Translations under genes and position numbers: made by a program
Assembly: GCA_036510015.1 (NCBI GenBank)
Contig: DATCEN010000365.1
Coordinates: forward strand, 1-32,365
Length of the DNA: 32,365 bases
Origin: Aestuariivirga sp.
GTDB lineage: Bacteria; Pseudomonadota; Alphaproteobacteria; Rhizobiales; Aestuariivirgaceae
Direction of reading: 5' to 3'
Shown: one piece after another, positions 27,327 through 32,365 of the stretch
Position numbering within the stretch: position 1 is the stretch's first letter
How the letters are laid out: each line of letters starts with the position of its first letter
Notes under the pieces: model-generated
What the model was told of the DNA's origin: nothing
Seen by the model: only the letters and a program-made list of their open reading frames with translations
The model's database searches: none

Positions 27327-30300
27327 TTGCTCGGCTCCACGCTGGCGTTAATATCCAACGCATAGCCACCTTTGGCAGACGCAAAGGCTTCCTTCACCAA
27401 ACCCGCAACCGCATCAACACGTGCTTGCGCCAACTCGCCGCTGTCGCTGCCTTGATGATAAATAATTTGCAGGTCAGACCGGCGCTTGCGCAAGATGTCG
27501 ACCAATCGGTCAATGCCCAAGCTCCACTTTTCAGTGAGATCAGCACTGCCATTATCAAACGCCCGGCCAGTGATATCGACTTTCACTTCATGAATTTTGG
27601 TGGCACCGAAGTTGATCTCAGTCATCTTGCCGCGCGTAACGCGCACAACGCGTGGATTTTCGGTTGTGATTTTGTAACCCTGTGGAAGGGTGCGCGGATC
27701 AATTTTCATAATAAAGTTGGAACCAATGGCACCATCAGGAATGGCGGCACATGGAATGTGGAAGCGCCCTTCCGCATCGGTTATCACTAACGTGCCGTTG
27801 GCTGTGGCAAGGCGAACGCCGCCAAGGCCTTTGTATCCGTCGCGCATATAGCCATCGCCGCTAACATCATCAAACACACGGCCGATAATATCGCTGCAAT
27901 CAAATGTCGCTTCTGGGATCACCTCAACTGTGGCTTGGGCAGAGGCCAAAACAGCGTTGCTGGTCTGATCAATGAGGCGCGCATTGTTTACAAATTGGCC
28001 ACCGCTCAACGAAGCCTGCGCAGCGAGGTTCAACGTCAAGATTATTTTGCCGTTGGTGGGTGTGAGATTATTGAAGGTCAAAATCACGCCACTCACCACT
28101 GGCACCTTCACCACACCATTCACTTGTGCCGATCCCGTCACGAAGGCAAAGCCGGGGGGCATAATGTCAGCCAATTGATAGGTGCCACCATTGAGGTTGC
28201 TGGCGGTGATTGTGAAAGGCACTACATCGCCGCGCTTCACTTGGCTGCGCGCTGCCACTTTGGTTAACACAGGCTTCGTAACATATAGTTGCGTTACAGT
28301 TGGCTGCGGTATGGGTGCTGCTAAGCTAGATTTGTCGCTGAGAACACCTAACGGAAGTTCGGTCGAAGTAAATTTGGCTTGATTGGAATAGGAACCGGCG
28401 ATTGCATCAGTTGGCGAGACCAGATGAGTTGCTGTGAAAGTTGTGGTGTCGCTGATGCCTGGCGCTAAATTGACGATTGGGCTACCCGACACAGTTGCAC
28501 CGGCATCCGAAATAGTGATGTTGTTGAGATCTATATTACCGGTGTTGACCACAGTGAAAGTGTATTTTATGGTGTCGCCCGCATCAGCGATGCCATTGCC
28601 ATTGGTGTCGGCCACCGTAAAGCTCTTCACCACAGCCATTGCCGGGCTAACCGTGAGCGGCACAATCGTCACATTGTGTGTTGCAGGATTGCTTGAGTCA
28701 GATAGATCGGTGACAACAAGGTTCTTCGCGATGTTGGTGCCTGTGGCGAGAATTTGGTTATCAACATGGCCAGCCAACATTTCTGCATTGGTGATCTGGT
28801 GCTTCACTACAAAATGGGTTGAGTCAGATGCGCCAGCAGCCAAAGTAAATGGCGTGGCACCGGAGACATTGCCAGTATAAATCCCACTTTCAGCCACCGT
28901 CACAGTGTCAAACGGGACGTTGCCGGTGTTGCTAACCGTAATAGTGTAAACCGCAAAGGCTCCTGTGGCAGGCGCTGCGATGGTCGCACCGCCGGCATTT
29001 TCAAAATGGTTGAAAGTTTTCAGTGCCGTGACCGATGGATTGGCCACAATCAAGAACACAGTCGGATTTTGCTGGGTGTAATCCAGCGGGTCGGACAGCT
29101 TGGTCACCTGGATGGCCTGCCCGTTGCCAGCCGAAGCCGCCGCATCAGCGGCAATAGCCTTCGCCTGCGCCTTATAGATGCCCGATGCGATGTCATTGGC
29201 CGTCAACACGTGGGTTGCAGTAAAGCTTGTGGTGTCTTCCTGATTGGGCAGCAACGTCGAGTTCAGCGTCCCTACGACGGTAATGCCAGTGACATAGTCT
29301 TGCACTGTGATATTATTTAAAGGATCGAGGCCGGTGTTCTTGATCTTGACTTGATAGGTCAAGGTATCGCCCACATCCATAATGCCATCACCATTGGTAT
29401 CCGCATAGGTGGGGGCCACGAGAATGATCGAGATGGAAGGCGTTGGGTGAATGGTTGTGTCAGTGGTCGAATTGGTTGACGATGTTGGATCACCATTGAG
29501 TGAAGTAGCATTCACTTGTGTCGGACTAATCGGCTGACTGGCTACGATCGTGGCGCGGTTCTTGACTACGCCCGCAGTTTCATCCGCAGTGGTCACAGTA
29601 TAAGTTGCTGTGAACATGTTAGGGTTGGTAACGCCCGGCGCCATCGTTGCGCCCGGCGCTAAGTTCTGTACTTGGGCTGCTGCTAGCGCGTCTGTCAGTT
29701 GCAAATTGCTGAGCGTGACATTGCCGGAATTCACTACAGTGAATGTGTAATGCAGTACATCGCCAGCATTGAGAATGCCGTCATTATTTATGTCAACCCA
29801 TGAAGCCAGTTTCTTGTAGAGCACAATTTGTGGCTGCTGCACCAAAGGCTCTATTGTTGGGTTAGACTGAGTAGGCACAAGTGGATCTGAATCATGTGTA
29901 ACAGTGGTTCCATCCGGCGCGGTGCCTGTTGCTGTCGCGATATTGTTCACATGGCCCGCATCAACATCAGTTTGGGTGATTGGATAGCTTCCAGTGATCT
30001 GCGGGCTGGTCTGACCAGGGGCCAGTGAAACAATAGGCCCACCAGTGATGGTCACATTTGCTCCACCGCCAACTTTGTCGGTAATGTTGATATTGTGCAG
30101 CGTGACATTGCCGAGATTGTAAACCGTAAATTGGTAATGGATTACATCGCCTGCGTCATTGATGCCGTTGAGATTGGTATCCACAAGCGTGGTAACCTGC
30201 TTCAGCAAGCCGATCGCTGGCACTGGCGCAATTGGCGTTACAGTTGGACGGTGTTGCTTTGGATCAGCATTATCGGAAAGAACTGAGCTAGACCCACCAC

Positions 30301-32365
30301 CCTGCACGCTGGCTGTGACAGTCGCCTGATTTTGATATTTGCCGGCATCAATATCAGCTTGTGTGAGAATATATTGGGCAGTGATGGTGCTGCTGTCAGT
30401 CACACCTGGTGCAAGTGAGGCGATTGGCCCGCCCGAGACATTGATCAGCCCGTCAGTGATGCCAACATTCTTCAGAGTAACGTTGCCTAAATTGGTGACT
30501 GCAAATTTATAGACGATGACATCGCCAACTTGTGCAGAAACGCCGTTCGCTGGCGTAATAGTGCCTGTCTTCACCGCGCCAAAAAGTGGAGCTTGTTGGA
30601 GTGGAAGATCAAAACTTGCCGCTTTAATTAAGCTGGCACTACCACCGTCTTTGGCTGTGGCAGTGGCAAGATTGTGCACAGTGCCCGTATCAATATCGGC
30701 CTGCGTTAATGTGTATGGCGCTGTGAATGTGTAGCTTAATCCAGCATTCAGCTGCGGATCACTTGCCGGGCTGATTGAGGCCGTGGCAATGTCATCATAA
30801 GTTTTGATGCCGGACAGTGGCAACACGTCAGTCACGGCTTGCAAGGCATCATGGCCTTGCTGGGTTGAACTGACATAACCGTTGGAAACAACCGCTCCAG
30901 AGGCAATATCATCTGGCGTAAGTTCACGCGTGAAGATCATGCTGCTGGCGTCGGTTTCGCCTGCACCGAGCAAACTGACATGGCCGCCGAAGGTCAGGCT
31001 GTCCGTCTGTGTAACGGAGATATCAGAAACACCGTTCTTGCCGGAATTGGTGATGCTATAAAGGACGCCGATCTTTTCGCCGGCTTGCAGATCACCCGTG
31101 GCACCTGACATGCGCACCAATTGACGCGAGATCGAAAGTGTATCGGCCAAAGCCAACCCACCTGCGTCTCGTAAATGGGCACGGCGATTGTCGGCGGCAA
31201 CAATGCCACTGGTGCTTCCGACATGATCAAATGAGGCAGTCGCAAAACTGGCTGCATCAGGATTGCCCGCCAAATCCAATAGCGCCACCATTTGTTGCGT
31301 AGTTGTTTCGGCAGAGGCCAACAGCGGGTCAGAAACCGAAACATTAAAGAGTGGCGTTGCGCCAGTATTGGTGACTACGAGTGTGTAATTCACCGTATCT
31401 CCAGCCTTTGGCGGAACTGCTGGTCCATTGGCCAGCACACCAGACTTCGCAAAGCTCATAGCCGCATTCGTGTTCAATGTTGTGGTGGCGCTGCCATTGG
31501 CGGTGATATTGGGTGAACCAACTGGTGAAGGCGTGGCGGTTGCTGTGGCGGTATTGGTGTAGCTGCCCGCTGTAATGTCCGACGCCGTTAATGGATGTGA
31601 CGCAGTGAAAGTTGTGGTGTCGCTGATGCCAGGTGCCAAAGTGACAATTGGGCCACCCGAAACGGTTGCACCAGCATCCGAAAGGGTGATGTTGTGAAGG
31701 CTGACAGTGCCAGTGTTCTTGATAGTAAATTTATAGGTGATCGGATTGCCAACCACTGCGGCTCCGCTCAAAGTATCGATCTTGGTGACAGTCATGCTCG
31801 CGTTACCACCCAATGGTGTGACTGTTGGCGCGTTGGCGCTCGGCCCTGCGGTGACAGGATCAGATACATCAGAAACCGTGGTGCCCTTTGGCGATTTGCT
31901 GGTGACCGTTGCGGAATTACTCACTTGGCCAGCGTCCATGTTGGCCTGTGTGATGACATAGTTGTTACCCGAACAAGTCACGCTCGCCCCAGGCGCAAGG
32001 TTGCCTGGTGGGCAAGTTATATTCACAACGATACTGTCAGTGACAGTGATTGTATTCAGCGCCACATTGCCGAGGTTCGAGACCTTGAAGCTGTAAGCAA
32101 TGGTATCGCCCGCATCGAGCACGCCATTGCTGTTGGCGTCGAAAGGTGCGGCAGCGGTTTTGACCAAACCGATTATTGGATTTTGATTGAGTGTAACAAC
32201 CGTAGGCGAATTAGCCGATGGGCCAGATATGAGCGGATCCGAGAGGTCGCTTACTGTGCCACCTGAAGGTGTTGATGCCGTGGCTGTTGCTTGGTTGGTT
32301 ACTTTACCAGCATCTATATCCGACTGCTTCAGCACATAAGCCGGTGCCGTGCAGTTCATCACTTC
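27323..32365 (-). CDS. Giant Ig-like repeat surface protein (DUF7507/DUF11-type repeats, SdrD-B-like domain, degenerate OmpA-like C-terminus); 5'-partial
   Basis: Frame is open to the window edge (>1680 aa). Repeats of about 110-135 aa follow the pattern K...GD.I.Y.F.V.N.GNV.L.N..+.D...LAPG...T..D+DAG...N.A. Then DIIGRVFDD..GDG....GLGGVRL...TDAEGRFH, then AFDNGSADL...LAQARVDAV. Confidence 0.9.
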   Translation of the reverse strand, partial: EVMNCTAPAYVLKQSDIDAGKVTNQATATASTPSGGTVSDLSDPLISGPSANSPTVVTLNQNPIIGLVKTAAAPFDANSNGVLDAGDTIAYSFKVSNLGNVALNTITVTDSIVVNITCPPGNLAPGASVTCSGNNYVITQANMDAGQVSNSATVTSKSPKGTTVSDVSDPVTAGPSANAPTVTPLGGNASMTVTKIDTLSGAAVVGNPITYKFTIKNTGTVSLHNITLSDAGATVSGGPIVTLAPGISDTTTFTASHPLTASDITAGSYTNTATATATPSPVGSPNITANGSATTTLNTNAAMSFAKSGVLANGPAVPPKAGDTVNYTLVVTNTGATPLFNVSVSDPLLASAETTTQQMVALLDLAGNPDAASFATASFDHVGSTSGIVAADNRRAHLRDAGGLALADTLSISRQLVRMSGATGDLQAGEKIGVLYSITNSGKNGVSDISVTQTDSLTFGGHVSLLGAGETDASSMIFTRELTPDDIASGAVVSNGYVSSTQQGHDALQAVTDVLPLSGIKTYDDIATASISPASDPQLNAGLSYTFTAPYTLTQADIDTGTVHNLATATAKDGGSASLIKAASFDLPLQQAPLFGAVKTGTITPANGVSAQVGDVIVYKFAVTNLGNVTLKNVGITDGLINVSGGPIASLAPGVTDSSTITAQYILTQADIDAGKYQNQATVTASVQGGGSSSVLSDNADPKQHRPTVTPIAPVPAIGLLKQVTTLVDTNLNGINDAGDVIHYQFTVYNLGNVTLHNINITDKVGGGANVTITGGPIVSLAPGQTSPQITGSYPITQTDVDAGHVNNIATATGTAPDGTTVTHDSDPLVPTQSNPTIEPLVQQPQIVLYKKLASWVDINNDGILNAGDVLHYTFTVVNSGNVTLSNLQLTDALAAAQVQNLAPGATMAPGVTNPNMFTATYTVTTADETAGVVKNRATIVASQPISPTQVNATSLNGDPTSSTNSTTDTTIHPTPSISIILVAPTYADTNGDGIMDVGDTLTYQVKIKNTGLDPLNNITVQDYVTGITVVGTLNSTLLPNQEDTTSFTATHVLTANDIASGIYKAQAKAIAADAAASAGNGQAIQVTKLSDPLDYTQQNPTVFLIVANPSVTALKTFNHFENAGGATIAAPATGAFAVYTITVSNTGNVPFDTVTVAESGIYTGNVSGATPFTLAAGASDSTHFVVKHQITNAEMLAGHVDNQILATGTNIAKNLVVTDLSDSSNPATHNVTIVPLTVSPAMAVVKSFTVADTNGNGIADAGDTIKYTFTVVNTGNIDLNNITISDAGATVSGSPIVNLAPGISDTTTFTATHLVSPTDAIAGSYSNQAKFTSTELPLGVLSDKSSLAAPIPQPTVTQLYVTKPVLTKVAARSQVKRGDVVPFTITASNLNGGTYQLADIMPPGFAFVTGSAQVNGVVKVPVVSGVILTFNNLTPTNGKIILTLNLAAQASLSGGQFVNNARLIDQTSNAVLASAQATVEVIPEATFDCSDIIGRVFDDVSGDGYMRDGYKGLGGVRLATANGTLVITDAEGRFHIPCAAIPDGAIGSNFIMKIDPRTLPQGYKITTENPRVVRVTRGKMTEINFGATKIHEVKVDITGRAFDNGSADLTEKWSLGIDRLVDILRKRRSDLQIIYHQGSDSGELAQARVDAVAGLVKEAFASAKGGYALDINASVEPSK
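28286..32365 (-). repeat. Tandem array of divergent Ig-like protein repeats: one partial, nine complete and one nested
   Basis: Repeat starts GLVKT, TVTKI, SFAKS, (nested SISRQ), GAVKT, GLLKQ, VLYKK, SIILV, TALKT, AVVKS. Divergent at the DNA level apart from local matches. Confidence 0.85.

Noticed and set aside
70-32266. Numerous antisense or alternate-frame ORFs in the track (e.g. 857-1405+, 1680-2387+, 3679-4209+, 4748-5356-, 15571-16158+, 16086-16658+, 21589-22083+, 31694-32266+)
   Set aside because: They are shadows of well-supported genes, with no recognisable motifs or RBS.
32357-32365. GTG/ATG start of the 1679-aa ORF
   Set aside because: It begins mid-repeat with no signal peptide and the frame is open to the window edge, so the true start is outside the window.
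1-32365. CRISPR arrays, tRNA/rRNA, IS elements, integrases, defence genes
   Set aside because: No regularly spaced repeats, cloverleafs, transposase or integrase motifs were seen, and the intergenic spaces are too short.

Overview
Alphaproteobacterial chromosomal segment (Hyphomicrobiales-like, judged from the hisS-hisZ-short hisG order and protein style), densely coding and mostly on the minus strand. Left to right: an Rrf2-regulated sulfate ABC operon (rrf2-sbp-cysT-cysW-cysA), an ABC-F ATPase, a GFA protein, an alpha/beta hydrolase, a TetR-GST-VOC detox unit plus a second VOC with a histone-like Lys-rich tail, an MdtABC-type RND pair, a lytic transglycosylase, a STAS-less SulP, hisS-hisZ-hisG, a small cationic secreted orphan, an FAH hydrolase, a conserved Cys-motif hypothetical and lldD. 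The right-hand 8.5 kb holds the most interesting element, a translationally coupled gene pair. One gene encodes a giant Ig-like repeat protein (DUF7507/DUF11 type, 5' end outside the window) with a conserved Lys/Asp/Asn isopeptide-like triad, one repeat nested inside another, and an SdrD-B plus degenerate OmpA-like tail. The other encodes a 1159-aa outer-membrane beta-barrel. Together they look like an uncharacterised dedicated surface-fibre/adhesin export system. No rRNA, tRNA, CRISPR array or mobile element was seen. All family assignments come from recognising motifs by eye, not from database searches.
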